From sequence record OQ383623.1: a stretch of 64,000 bases of DNA; one strand, 5' to 3'. Shown here piece after piece: positions 54,964-64,000 of the stretch. Every line of letters begins with the position of its first letter. Position 1 is the stretch's first letter. The position numbers and the translations under genes were made by a program. A model generated the notes under the pieces. It did not search any database and was not told the DNA's origin. It saw only the letters and a list, made by a program, of their open reading frames with translations.

Positions 54964-55822
54964 TGGAACTCCAGAATCTATACGTCGCTAACGGAACGTC
55001 GTCGCTGACCTCATATTCTCTACCACTACGATGACGAACTTTGAAAGTGATTTCGAACTCACGTACGTCCAGCGCTTGTAAGATTATTAGAAACCAACGC
55101 CAGGTGATTGCCTCGGTGTGACGCATCGCCTGTTTCATGTTGTTTCGTCTGTCCCCACGTTTGGATGATGTGCCTGGGCACAACTTAGGGTTGTTGACGT
55201 AGTTCGTCGTCCACCGTTCCAGTTTATCACCATCGATTTTATACCCACGAATAACTTTGTAGATTAAACGCAGGAGAATGTGCTTCATCACATGTTCGAT
55301 AGTGTGGTCGATGTTCGCGACATACTCGTTAACGTCGTGAGATGCAGGATGCTCGAAACGCTCTTTACGTTTCTTCCTGTTCTCATTACGTAAGTTCTTA
55401 ATGAAGTCCTCACGCACAAACGTACTGTCGAATACAAAACACTTCGTGTCAAAGCTTCCCCGCTTAGTCAGCAGGGTGACTGTTAGCGTTTGCATCTCCA
55501 GGATAACTAATCCCTCGATGAAACGTTTCCACGTAAAATCGACTGTCAGGTTACGTACCGAACCACCCGTAAGTGAGGTGTTCAGCCGGTTAACGCGGTC
55601 GGTCATCGTGGTCAGTTTGCTGTCGCGAAACTGTTTCAGATACTCCGGGTCGTTGACATGTTGACGGATAAGGTCTTTCCATATCCCGTCGCTAATACCC
55701 ATCAACTTAACCAGATTCCAATAAGCTTTTCTTAACGGGTAGCTGGAATCTGACGCCGGTGGCGTACCGTGCCAAATTTGCTCGCGTGTGCTATTCAGCG
55801 GCGGCTTTTTCTCATCATCCAT
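54944..55822 (-). CDS. Hypothetical protein with tandem duplicated domain
   Basis: FTWKRFIEGLVILEM and ITWRWFLIILQALDV repeats. Confidence 0.65.
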   Translation of the reverse strand: MDDEKKPPLNSTREQIWHGTPPASDSSYPLRKAYWNLVKLMGISDGIWKDLIRQHVNDPEYLKQFRDSKLTTMTDRVNRLNTSLTGGSVRNLTVDFTWKRFIEGLVILEMQTLTVTLLTKRGSFDTKCFVFDSTFVREDFIKNLRNENRKKRKERFEHPASHDVNEYVANIDHTIEHVMKHILLRLIYKVIRGYKIDGDKLERWTTNYVNNPKLCPGTSSKRGDRRNNMKQAMRHTEAITWRWFLIILQALDVREFEITFKVRHRSGREYEVSDDVPLATYRFWSSNETEQS

Positions 55823-55855
55823 ACATCACCTTGTTACAAGGGAATAGATTAAAAG

Positions 55856-56386
55856 TTAGAGATAGTGTTCCACTATCACTTCTAACTCGCGGAAGATATG
55901 TGCGGTTTGATTAAACAGCGTATCCTGTTCGGGTGTTTGTTTATCAAATGCACGCTGATACAGTTCTAACATAGCGAAGACTGTGCGCAGTTTTTCGCGC
56001 GCGACTTCAGGATCGGATGCACCGAAATAATGATCAAGCCATCGTGGTTCTGAACTCTCTCCTTTTCTATCGATTGCCTCAGGCAACTCTAACCAACGTT
56101 GATTGGGAATGTTGCTACTGGATACACGGTTATACTCAGAAATGAAGAATTCCAATCGCTCCACCAACGTGTCAAAATCTCGAATACGTAATTCGAGTTG
56201 TCCACGCAATGAAAAAGGAAGGTATTCTTTCCCATTATATTCCAGAGGCTCTGTAATGAGTTCTAAGCCCACCATCACTCTGTGTAGGGTGTTATGGGTA
56301 TTCTTATGAAACTCAGCCTCCAAAGAGCGTCTGCGAGCTTCTACAGCCTTACGACGCAGGAGTGTTGAAAGCCATTTAAAAAGCAT
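55856..56386 (-). CDS. Hypothetical protein
   Basis: 176 aa with AGGA SD. Confidence 0.65.
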   Translation of the reverse strand: MLFKWLSTLLRRKAVEARRRSLEAEFHKNTHNTLHRVMVGLELITEPLEYNGKEYLPFSLRGQLELRIRDFDTLVERLEFFISEYNRVSSSNIPNQRWLELPEAIDRKGESSEPRWLDHYFGASDPEVAREKLRTVFAMLELYQRAFDKQTPEQDTLFNQTAHIFRELEVIVEHYL

Positions 56387-56422
56387 AGGTGTTATCCTAT
56401 TATGAGATGTTGTCTCGGATAG

Positions 56423-56448
56423 ATAATATCTGTCTGAGTTCTTTTTGA
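56423..56448 (-). promoter_or_regulatory. Early-type promoter
   Basis: TCAAAAAGAACT-CAGACAGA-TATTAT; same 12-mer and spacing as the copy at 24743-24768. Confidence 0.6.
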
Positions 56449-56462
56449 GATGAGGTTATCCC

Positions 56463-56933
56463 ATGAGCGAAGAAGTGAAATACCAAGCGTTCGACGGAGA
56501 TGTGGACAACGAAGATTCGCTTCTCCGCCAAACACAACAGCTACGCGTTAAGCTCGTCACGGATATGGTGAACGACGGTGAAGTACACAAAGACTTAAAA
56601 GCCGTCGACCGAATCGAACGCCTAATCAACGGCATCGACAAACAGGTCATGACGAAGCGGAAAATTAAAGCTGCTGAGAAAGGCGCTGAGGCGACTCAAG
56701 ATTTGGCCAACAGTTTAAACGGCTTCTTAATGACCCGTGCTGGCGTTGGTATCAAACGTCACGACGATGAAGAAGATTTAAATAACGGATACCAACCCAC
56801 CGTCCCACAGATTGCCGCAGTACGGCCTCCGAAAGAAGGTGAGTTGGCACCAGTAGGCGAAAAGATTGACGTTGACCAGATCATGGCGTCTGCGTTTGCG
56901 AGTCGTCGTCCTGCTGATGACGACGAAGACTAA
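56463..56933 (+). CDS. Hypothetical protein
   Basis: 156 aa, GAGG SD, coiled N-terminus, acidic tail. Confidence 0.7.
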   Translation: MSEEVKYQAFDGDVDNEDSLLRQTQQLRVKLVTDMVNDGEVHKDLKAVDRIERLINGIDKQVMTKRKIKAAEKGAEATQDLANSLNGFLMTRAGVGIKRHDDEEDLNNGYQPTVPQIAAVRPPKEGELAPVGEKIDVDQIMASAFASRRPADDDED

Positions 56934-57609
56934 ACAGCGCAGTGTCCTTTACGTCAGTACCGACGTATTGAGCAAGAAAACGGGTGGACTCCTTAAAGGG
57001 GTTCACCTTATCTCTTTTTATTTGCGCGATTGCTTCTTCCGTTAATTCGCTGGTCAGCATACTCGGTCGGGTAATGGTGAAATCCGGAATCGGTTTCTGG
57101 AAATGGCCCGCGTGTTGTTCTATCCACGGGTACCAGTCGTACATTATCCAACCATCCCATGCAGAAGCAAGTCGTCCTGGTGTAAGATCGCTGTGAGGAA
57201 TAACAACGACGTCTACTTGCACTTCGTTATAGTAGTAACGCAGTTCTTCCAAAAACGCATGACGTTCTTCATCATCGAGATCAGCGTACGGCCACAGGTT
57301 AAACGTTAAGACTGGCCGCTCGATAGGAGCGTGCATCTGTATCGTCATTAACATTGCCTGTACTTCGTTCTTTAGCGTAAGCAACATTTCTGTTGGCTGC
57401 GCGTTCTGCAACGCGCGTTTATCACGCTCCGCGAACTTTTTATTCCAGTCCTGAATTCCTACCACTTCGGCCCACGCATCCGTGAACCGCATCCGATACA
57501 CTTCTAAATCAAGCTTCTCTAATACATCAGGCTGCAACACTTTCGCCCAACCAATTCGTGTATCGAAGATTGTGTCGATATCGACTAAGAAACGGCGTCC
57601 TAATCTCAT
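56881..57609 (-). CDS. HAD-like conserved jumbo-phage protein
   Basis: N-terminal FLVDIDTIFDTR (DxD) motif. Confidence 0.6.
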   Translation of the reverse strand: MRLGRRFLVDIDTIFDTRIGWAKVLQPDVLEKLDLEVYRMRFTDAWAEVVGIQDWNKKFAERDKRALQNAQPTEMLLTLKNEVQAMLMTIQMHAPIERPVLTFNLWPYADLDDEERHAFLEELRYYYNEVQVDVVVIPHSDLTPGRLASAWDGWIMYDWYPWIEQHAGHFQKPIPDFTITRPSMLTSELTEEAIAQIKRDKVNPFKESTRFLAQYVGTDVKDTALFSLRRHQQDDDSQTQTP

Positions 57610-58274
57610 TCCGGGCGTCCTAAGTTGTTACCGATGTGCATTGCTTTAAAGTACGAAGACCATGTACGCGGCGCTTTTGAACTGGTACGCTCAGCCCCTT
57701 CCAGGTTGATGCGACCTTTACCGGTTTGCCGTAGCGATTGATAGAACGCACGTTGTAACGTATCGTTACCACCACGCGCCCACAGGAACTCCTGGAGCGT
57801 TGAGTCGTGTCCATCCGAGTACATGATGTACGCTTCTGGAAACGAAACACCCGAAGCTTTGGAAGGCCCTACTACCTGACCTGAGAGTTTATCGCGGACT
57901 TTATCGTTCTTCGCCACCGCCATTTTCTTCTCTTGCATCTGCGTCTGGCGACGTGCAGGTAGCCGGAAGACTAAATGGGGGTAACGGGTACGCTGTAGGA
58001 TACCGGTTTTCGGTTCCGTGAGCCACAGGCGCTGACACAAGTTCAGTCCCATCGCTTCGCAAATTTTAATATTGCGCATATGGTCAATTTTGACCTTGCC
58101 GCCAGTTGGGTTGTAAACAGGCAACCCTTCGCGCAGACGATTGAACTCTTCGTCAGACATTCGTGAGAAAGCGCGCTTGGCAGCTTCCGCGTTAATCCCG
58201 GTCGGGTCAACTAAGTTCAGTAACTGTAAAGCATAAGCTTCTGCTTTTTTTCGCCGTGCCGGGTCTAATCTCAT
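57606..58274 (-). CDS. Virion RNA polymerase beta C-terminal subunit (phiKZ gp149-like)
   Basis: DKLSGQVVGPSKASGVSFPEAYIMYSDG...LQEFLWARGG aligns by eye to the RpoB C-terminus. Confidence 0.8.
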   Translation of the reverse strand: MRLDPARRKKAEAYALQLLNLVDPTGINAEAAKRAFSRMSDEEFNRLREGLPVYNPTGGKVKIDHMRNIKICEAMGLNLCQRLWLTEPKTGILQRTRYPHLVFRLPARRQTQMQEKKMAVAKNDKVRDKLSGQVVGPSKASGVSFPEAYIMYSDGHDSTLQEFLWARGGNDTLQRAFYQSLRQTGKGRINLEGAERTSSKAPRTWSSYFKAMHIGNNLGRPE

Positions 58275-58546
58275 TTTTTCATCCTCTCACGGAGCACTGG
58301 AAGAACCACACGTTCCAGGTCTTCAATCCAGTACGGGATATCTTCATTGTGTTCAGGCACACCGACCGCATCAACCTTCGGTTTATCATTAATCAGGTTG
58401 CCGTAATGGGCATTTACCTGATGACTAAATTCAGACAGTGCATGTCGCGGTGCTGAGAACTCGTTATGGAACGCGGTGCTAAGTTCCTGGCTAATACCAG
58501 CGAGACCCAGACACAGACGCTCTACAATATCTTTCTGATAACGCAT
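58271..58546 (-). CDS. Small hypothetical protein
   Basis: 91 aa, GAGGA SD, ATGA overlap. Confidence 0.65.
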   Translation of the reverse strand: MRYQKDIVERLCLGLAGISQELSTAFHNEFSAPRHALSEFSHQVNAHYGNLINDKPKVDAVGVPEHNEDIPYWIEDLERVVLPVLRERMKK

Positions 58547-58562
58547 CGCTAATCCTCAGGGG

Positions 58563-58586
58563 AAAAAACAGGCGGGTTGCCCCGCC
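58563..58586 (-). terminator. Intrinsic terminator
   Basis: GGCGGG-GCAA-CCCGCC plus T-run. Confidence 0.7.
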
Positions 58587-58591
58587 CATGC

Positions 58592-60085
58592 TTATTTCTT
58601 CTTAGTCAAGAACTTAGGTTCCAGACCATCCACGGCCATCGCCAGTAATGACATTGCTGTTAAGCAACGCTTACCACCTTTGACTTCCTGATCCTTGAAC
58701 ATCCAGTATTCCACTGTATTGTCCAGAATTTCATTCCAGTCCCACTTTTCGTCGATAACTTTATAAAGCTCCGCCGGTGAGAGATGGTACTTCATTTCCA
58801 GTCGGTGGTAGTTATTCTGCATGTACGCTAGTGCGGCGGTGATTTCCAACGCACGGCGCAAACGCGGGTTGCTGTCACACATGTCGCGAATCGTGGTACG
58901 CATGAAAGATGTACCAGGTAGCAAGTCGAGGGTATAGTTAGCACCACTACGTTTGTAGCCCCATTCATCTTTCAGTGTGTCGCTCAGGTAATGCCACAGA
59001 GAGAGGTGATAAAGCAGACCCATCTCCTGCGAGAAGACCATTTTGAACTTAACGCCTGTGTGACCACCCTTCGCACGGTACTGCGTGAAAACAATTTCTT
59101 TCAGGTCGTTCACCGAAGCATTCATTGCTTTCGAACGCGCAGTCGGGTATTTCTCTTCGTTTACACCGGTCTTCGCGTTGTAAGTCTGATCCTGCTTCAA
59201 CTCACCAGACTTGGTTGCAACCAGCAGGGAGTTAGTTAAGAACGACAACTGACGGCGCGGGATACCCGCAAACTTCAGATCATCGCCTGCATCGTCCAAC
59301 AGTTTACCGTTCGCCTTCGGTCCACCACGGCCACCTGCCGCCATTGCTTTACCCGCATCGTCGGCCAACTGAGCAACGAAGCCCATATAGAAACCACCAC
59401 GCGCAAACGCAGACGGCCAACGGCTCATCATGTTCGATTTCTGCAGCGCATCGTGGGCGTTCAGGATGTTCTGTTCAGAATCACCGACCTCTGATTTGGC
59501 GTGTTTCTCTTCCAGGGAAGAGGTGTGCCATTCGGACAGGGAGTCAATCGAGTACAACCACGGGTCGAGAATCTTTTTCGCAGAGCGACGGATTGGGTCC
59601 GGGAACGGTGTTTCACGTGCCTTACCAGCCATATACTCTTTGAAACGTTTTTCGACTTCGTCACGGATATAAGCAGAGTAATACTCCTCACCTGCCATGA
59701 TATCCGAGCCAACCATGTTGTAACGACCTTCGTGGATCAGGTCCAGCACGCCGCCTGTTGGTGATACTTCTAATCCGTTTGCTTTCGCTGCGGAAATGTA
59801 CCCCGTTTCCAGACGACTTAATGCTGCCGTAACTTCGGTATCGTATTTCGATCCCCAGGCTGCATTATAACGTTGCAGAATCATGAAAATGCAGAAGTCT
59901 AATAAGGTAGACTTAAAGGTGTTCCCACGACCTGCGAAGCCCATGATGTGGGCAAAACCACCGTTGAGGTAGTACAAACCATCTTCCCCGCGCTCGTAGT
60001 TACCGAGAGCGTGGTCCATGATGGTATATACGTTAAAACGAGGGCGAATCACTTCACCCATGACTTGTTTAGCTGGACCTGCCAT
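58592..60085 (-). CDS. uvsX: UvsX/RecA-like recombinase (phiKZ gp152-like)
   Basis: Walker A GRGNTFKST, YDTE, SIDSLS and RAKGGHTG motifs. Confidence 0.85.
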   Translation of the reverse strand: MAGPAKQVMGEVIRPRFNVYTIMDHALGNYERGEDGLYYLNGGFAHIMGFAGRGNTFKSTLLDFCIFMILQRYNAAWGSKYDTEVTAALSRLETGYISAAKANGLEVSPTGGVLDLIHEGRYNMVGSDIMAGEEYYSAYIRDEVEKRFKEYMAGKARETPFPDPIRRSAKKILDPWLYSIDSLSEWHTSSLEEKHAKSEVGDSEQNILNAHDALQKSNMMSRWPSAFARGGFYMGFVAQLADDAGKAMAAGGRGGPKANGKLLDDAGDDLKFAGIPRRQLSFLTNSLLVATKSGELKQDQTYNAKTGVNEEKYPTARSKAMNASVNDLKEIVFTQYRAKGGHTGVKFKMVFSQEMGLLYHLSLWHYLSDTLKDEWGYKRSGANYTLDLLPGTSFMRTTIRDMCDSNPRLRRALEITAALAYMQNNYHRLEMKYHLSPAELYKVIDEKWDWNEILDNTVEYWMFKDQEVKGGKRCLTAMSLLAMAVDGLEPKFLTKKK

Positions 60086-60100
60086 TTAGCGCTCCGTCAA

Positions 60101-60400
60101 TTAGCGTTTTTTCAGTGGGAGTAACAGACGACGTTTATGCCAAACTTCGAAATGCATTTCTGCCCACTCGGTGACTTGACTGTCATCTTTAGGGTTGATA
60201 TTAGAAATGCCCTTGAAGCGGTTACGGTTACGTTCGTCGATTTCGATTTCCAGAACGCGCTGACCATCAGCACGAGTGGTCACGTTCAGGATTTTACCAA
60301 CCACGATCGGACTACCATCGGTATTCTTCTTCGTCGGGGTGGTGTAAATCTCAGGTTCGATACGAGAGGTTAAAGCGCGAGTCAGTAATTTGATTCTCAT
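60101..60400 (-). CDS. Small hypothetical protein
   Basis: 99 aa downstream of a TAC-N15-TATG promoter. Confidence 0.6.
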   Translation of the reverse strand: MRIKLLTRALTSRIEPEIYTTPTKKNTDGSPIVVGKILNVTTRADGQRVLEIEIDERNRNRFKGISNINPKDDSQVTEWAEMHFEVWHKRRLLLPLKKR

Positions 60401-60428
60401 CAGATGTTACCTTTATGCAGTTCTCGTA

Positions 60429-60456
60429 CATAAGGTTTGGGTGATACGTAAAAGAC
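60429..60456 (-). promoter_or_regulatory. TAC-N15-TATG promoter (uvsX operon)
   Basis: CTTTTAC-GTATCACCCAAACCT-TATG. Confidence 0.6.
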
Positions 60457-60498
60457 TTACTATGTAGCCCAATCCCTTATATATTCGAGGTTGATAGA

Positions 60499-61254
60499 AT
60501 GAATGTTAATCCACTTGCAGCGTTGTCGGGCTTTGTTGCCAAAGCATCCACGATTCTGCCTAAAGCCTTTAGCGGCTCTCAACAGGAACTCGCGCTGACC
60601 ACCTATGACGACATGTCTGATGTGTCCAAGTGGATGCAGCAAGAGAAGTTTTTAAACTTTACCGGAATGCTTGTACCCGTACCACCGGGCTTCAACACGT
60701 ATGTGATGGACCACATAGAACGGTTGGAATCTGTATGGGCTGTGCTCCAGAAGATTCAGGAAGGGGTTTTAAGTCCCATCGACAAACGTTTCGGCGCGAT
60801 GACACACGACCTGGGTATGCTGACACTGCCTATCGGATTTAAGTTCAAAGACCTGAATTATCCACTGAAAAACATCAATCCGAAAGACCTGGTTGAAAAA
60901 CTGGCGAAGTCGTACACCAACAATGTGATCGACCAGCGTGCGATTGAAAAGACCTACCACAGTGCAGGTGAGATTGACGTTGCGTTTAATCGTGCCAAAG
61001 CGCTGAACCTGGAAGTGACTAAGAAACTCCAGAAAGGTATTGACCGTACAGTTGAAAGCATCAACGTCTCTGTAGACATTATCTCTAATTCACAAGTCCA
61101 TCCTAATGTGGCGGCAGAGTTAGTGAAAATGGCTGACATGGGTGCTGACTGGGTTGAGCTATTCGGACTGTTTATGAAACAGATTAATGAACTGACAGAA
61201 TGCCTGAACGTAACCGGTGATCGCCTCAAGACCCTGAAAGCAAACAAAAAATAA
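60499..61254 (+). CDS. Probable virion protein (phiKZ gp153-like)
   Basis: 251 aa, helical, divergent from uvsX as in phiKZ-like synteny. Confidence 0.55.
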   Translation: MNVNPLAALSGFVAKASTILPKAFSGSQQELALTTYDDMSDVSKWMQQEKFLNFTGMLVPVPPGFNTYVMDHIERLESVWAVLQKIQEGVLSPIDKRFGAMTHDLGMLTLPIGFKFKDLNYPLKNINPKDLVEKLAKSYTNNVIDQRAIEKTYHSAGEIDVAFNRAKALNLEVTKKLQKGIDRTVESINVSVDIISNSQVHPNVAAELVKMADMGADWVELFGLFMKQINELTECLNVTGDRLKTLKANKK

Positions 61255-61305
61255 AAAGTAAGCAGTACCCACTCCCCTTACGGGAGTGGGTAGGCTTTAT
61301 TTTAT
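61247..61305. terminator. Bidirectional terminator
   Basis: TACCCACTCCC/GGGAGTGGGTA 11-bp stem. Confidence 0.85.
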
Positions 61306-61316
61306 TTCGGACCGAT

Positions 61317-61859
61317 TTAGAATTTACTGATAGAAAGAGGCTGCATTGGCTCGACCACAATCAGTATTTCTTTCAGACGCGAAACGATATGCTCCCAGAC
61401 TTGTGCTTCGAGGTGACGTAACATGGTGGTGAACTCGCCCATGTACATCTCTTTAAACTCGTCGCGATTGAGATGTTCCCACGCTTCTTTCAATGGGCCT
61501 GCTTCCGGTCCAGACATCTTAATCATCATTTCGATGTCCTTCATTTCATCAAAGGCTTTACCGACCTTATCAATAACCTCATCGGTCTTGAGTTCGAGTG
61601 AGAAGCGACCCATCTTAGACTGCAGGAAGCCGTCTTCAATGTCTTCGTCGTTGTATTCGAAACACGCAATACGTTGCGCGAGTTGATGAACTTCATTTAC
61701 CGCGATATTGACGTACGCCGCAGAGATAAGTCCAGCGAGGTGTTGACGATCGATATTCTTCGGTATCAGATAGTCTTCACACTTACGCTTAAACTCGAAC
61801 AACGCCGCTGGAAATATTTCACGAAATTCGTCATCGAGTAAATCAATGAATATTTTCAT
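61317..61859 (-). CDS. Hypothetical protein
   Basis: 180 aa, acidic helical. Confidence 0.7.
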   Translation of the reverse strand: MKIFIDLLDDEFREIFPAALFEFKRKCEDYLIPKNIDRQHLAGLISAAYVNIAVNEVHQLAQRIACFEYNDEDIEDGFLQSKMGRFSLELKTDEVIDKVGKAFDEMKDIEMMIKMSGPEAGPLKEAWEHLNRDEFKEMYMGEFTTMLRHLEAQVWEHIVSRLKEILIVVEPMQPLSISKF

Positions 61860-62395
61860 TCAACAGGTTTCCCATATTTCTCGCCGAGATACAGCAGTTC
61901 GCGACGACAGATAGCCAGCACCTTCATCTCCGCCTCACGATACAGCTTGGTGATTTTGTCAATGATTGGCTGGTCAACGATATCGGACCATGTTACCGTA
62001 TCCGTAACGTTCGACGTTTGCCCGTTAATGACCACAGCAACATATGTCTCGCCCAGGTTCTCTTGATGTAACCCCGCCAGAGATTCACCAACCTTATCAA
62101 AGGCTTCACTCAATAAGTCGGTGATTTGGTCCGTCCCTTCTACCAGTTCAAAACGATGGGGATAGTTCAGAATGTTACGCAGCCGCGTGAACATACGTTC
62201 AATAAGCTGATTTACCATATCCCCAGTGTCACAGATAGCCACATCTACACCCGAACCTATTTCGTCAGACAAACGATTTTCGTGGACGGCCAACGCATCG
62301 TGAAGTTCAAATTCCACGTCTCGTTTTAATCCTAACAGAATTTCATCTAGCTGACGTCTCGACTCCGACAGAGCGAAGTCAATTACGATTTGCAT
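61856..62395 (-). CDS. Hypothetical protein
   Basis: 179 aa, acidic helical, AAGGAG SD. Confidence 0.7.
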   Translation of the reverse strand: MQIVIDFALSESRRQLDEILLGLKRDVEFELHDALAVHENRLSDEIGSGVDVAICDTGDMVNQLIERMFTRLRNILNYPHRFELVEGTDQITDLLSEAFDKVGESLAGLHQENLGETYVAVVINGQTSNVTDTVTWSDIVDQPIIDKITKLYREAEMKVLAICRRELLYLGEKYGKPVE

Positions 62396-62405
62396 CTAAT
62401 GCTCC

Positions 62406-62879
62406 TTAAAAGTTACTTACCTCGGGCTGCGTATACCAGTATCTGCACGCTACGAGATCCACAACGTTATATTTCAGTTGTCCACCGTGCTGTGACGTGT
62501 CTGCCAATTCATGCGCAAGCTTGTACGCCAAGTCTTCACGGTTGTCGAGGATAAGCAACACAACACGCTGCACCTCATTAAAGATATCCGGTTCACGTAA
62601 ACAACTGTAGCGCTCGCTAAGATGCTTAATAACGCCTTTATAAACATCTCCTGGTACAGCAGTGCCATTTTCTGCTACGTGGAATGAAACAAGCACGATT
62701 TTAATTAAAATCTCGACAACCATGGAGTATATCATTCCACGGTTGCCGTTAATTTCCACATGCTTTAGATACTCTTGCAAGTCCATCAATGACTCGCTAT
62801 ACACCTTTAACATAGCGACCACCTCTAGTTGGTTGCCGGCCACACCCCTGGCGATGGGATTGCATCGTATCCACGCCAT
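62406..62879 (-). CDS. Hypothetical protein
   Basis: 157-aa ORF. Confidence 0.6.
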   Translation of the reverse strand: MAWIRCNPIARGVAGNQLEVVAMLKVYSESLMDLQEYLKHVEINGNRGMIYSMVVEILIKIVLVSFHVAENGTAVPGDVYKGVIKHLSERYSCLREPDIFNEVQRVVLLILDNREDLAYKLAHELADTSQHGGQLKYNVVDLVACRYWYTQPEVSNF

Positions 62880-63202
62880 TTCTTAATCACGACAAGGTTC
62901 GAGCCTGGAAGACCATCTAAATCAAAACCAACAGTAGCAACGACATCAACTTCAGCATCCAGCGATACCTGATCGCGACCCTGTGTTCTGAAATGCGCAA
63001 GAGACACCAGTTTACCGCCAGTAATCGCAGTATCGCGAATAAGACGTGCCATATTGCGCATCTCTACTGTCACTTCTCCACGAATAGCGACACTCAGCGT
63101 TGCTTTATTTAACCAGGCTTCTTGTCCCGGTTCGACAATATAGAGAATCACACCTTCTTTGTAATACTGTTTTACCATCGTTTCAAATTCGTCTTGCGTC
63201 AT
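62825..63202 (-). CDS. Hypothetical protein
   Basis: 125 aa with AAGGAG SD. Confidence 0.65.
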   Translation of the reverse strand: MTQDEFETMVKQYYKEGVILYIVEPGQEAWLNKATLSVAIRGEVTVEMRNMARLIRDTAITGGKLVSLAHFRTQGRDQVSLDAEVDVVATVGFDLDGLPGSNLVVIKKWRGYDAIPSPGVWPATN

Positions 63203-63215
63203 TTTAAATACTCCT

Positions 63216-63950
63216 TCAGTAGTTTAGTTTCTCAGCGACTTCTTTACGGATGCGACACATCACCACCATCGCACCATTCGGAATTTGGCTCACGCAGTTA
63301 TCCGTGTAAAACTTACCTCCACACAGATAAAAGTCCAGACACATGGCATCGGTCAGCTCGTGCCACAGGGTGCCGAAACCATACTGCCAAGGGCCGGAAT
63401 GAATGACATCGTAATCGCCTTCAGTTATGCCAAATGCGGCAGTAGCGGAAGACCACAATGTTGAGGAGGTGGTATAAGTGTCATACCAGTAACCGAGCAG
63501 ACGATGGTTACGACGTATCTCAGCTAACCGCTCGTACATTGGGATGAATACATCTTCCACCTGCGTGACAAAATCAGCCAGCATCAACTTTTCCGTGAAC
63601 CACTCGATCCACGCAAAGATTTGTTCTTCAACGTCTTGTTGGCTTAACCCCGTGGCAGTAATGCCTTCTTCGTAGGTGTAACCTTCGTAGACGTCAACAA
63701 CATTAATCTCTACATGTTCTAGCGTGAACAACCGTTCGGTGTTGATGCAGTCGTACATCTCTTGTAACCACGCAGTGAAGACTTCTATACAGACGTTGAT
63801 GGCTGTGTACTTGAATTCATCGCGCAATGGATACCACTGTGGGTTATCCTTTAGTTCGTTCTTCGCGAACGCGGGCCAATGCTTTTCGAACAACGCTTCA
63901 AAGAACTGGGGCGTGAGGTTTAAAAGCACTGGCACTTCGACTTTAAGCAT
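63216..63950 (-). CDS. Hypothetical protein, probable early gene
   Basis: 244 aa, AAGGAG SD, TATTAT promoter upstream. Confidence 0.7.
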   Translation of the reverse strand: MLKVEVPVLLNLTPQFFEALFEKHWPAFAKNELKDNPQWYPLRDEFKYTAINVCIEVFTAWLQEMYDCINTERLFTLEHVEINVVDVYEGYTYEEGITATGLSQQDVEEQIFAWIEWFTEKLMLADFVTQVEDVFIPMYERLAEIRRNHRLLGYWYDTYTTSSTLWSSATAAFGITEGDYDVIHSGPWQYGFGTLWHELTDAMCLDFYLCGGKFYTDNCVSQIPNGAMVVMCRIRKEVAEKLNY

Positions 63951-63986
63951 CGTGAATAAATTCTCCTTAAGGTTACGTCCCTGTAG

Positions 63987-64000
63987 ATAATATCTATCTC
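63987..64000 (-). promoter_or_regulatory. Early-type promoter (cut by the window edge)
   Basis: GAGATAGA-TATTAT. Confidence 0.5.

Overview
64 kb segment of a phiKZ-like nucleus-forming jumbo phage (Chimalliviridae). Gene order resembles Salmonella phage SPN3US and Erwinia jumbo phages; this assignment is from recalled synteny, not a database search. Core morphogenesis and transcription genes: terminase large subunit, tail sheath and tube, prohead protease, four pieces of the split virion RNA polymerase, and a 2373-aa tape-measure/lytic transglycosylase. Also present: UvsX/RecA, ThyA and a nucleotide-handling set (HD, HAD nucleotidase, MazG-like, CYTH-like, NADAR-like). The most unusual part is 3.76-8.1 kb. 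It is nearly ORF-free and densely base-paired, holding about five candidate large structured RNAs (about 200-600 nt). Two of them have a dedicated TAC-N15-TATG promoter and a third has a near match. It also holds two canonical tRNAs (Asn, Trp), a tRNA-Met-like gene with a defective acceptor stem, a tRNA-shaped RNA whose anticodon loop is cut to 3 nt, and an origin-like AT tract flanked by GATC clusters and alternating purine/pyrimidine runs. Other notable items are a stand-alone 62-aa peptide ending like the redox-active C-terminal tail of ribonucleotide reductase NrdA (DDNCTGGACKI) and a DNA-ligase-fold protein lacking the catalytic residues. RNA structures were found by eye; no folding, covariance or homology searches were run.
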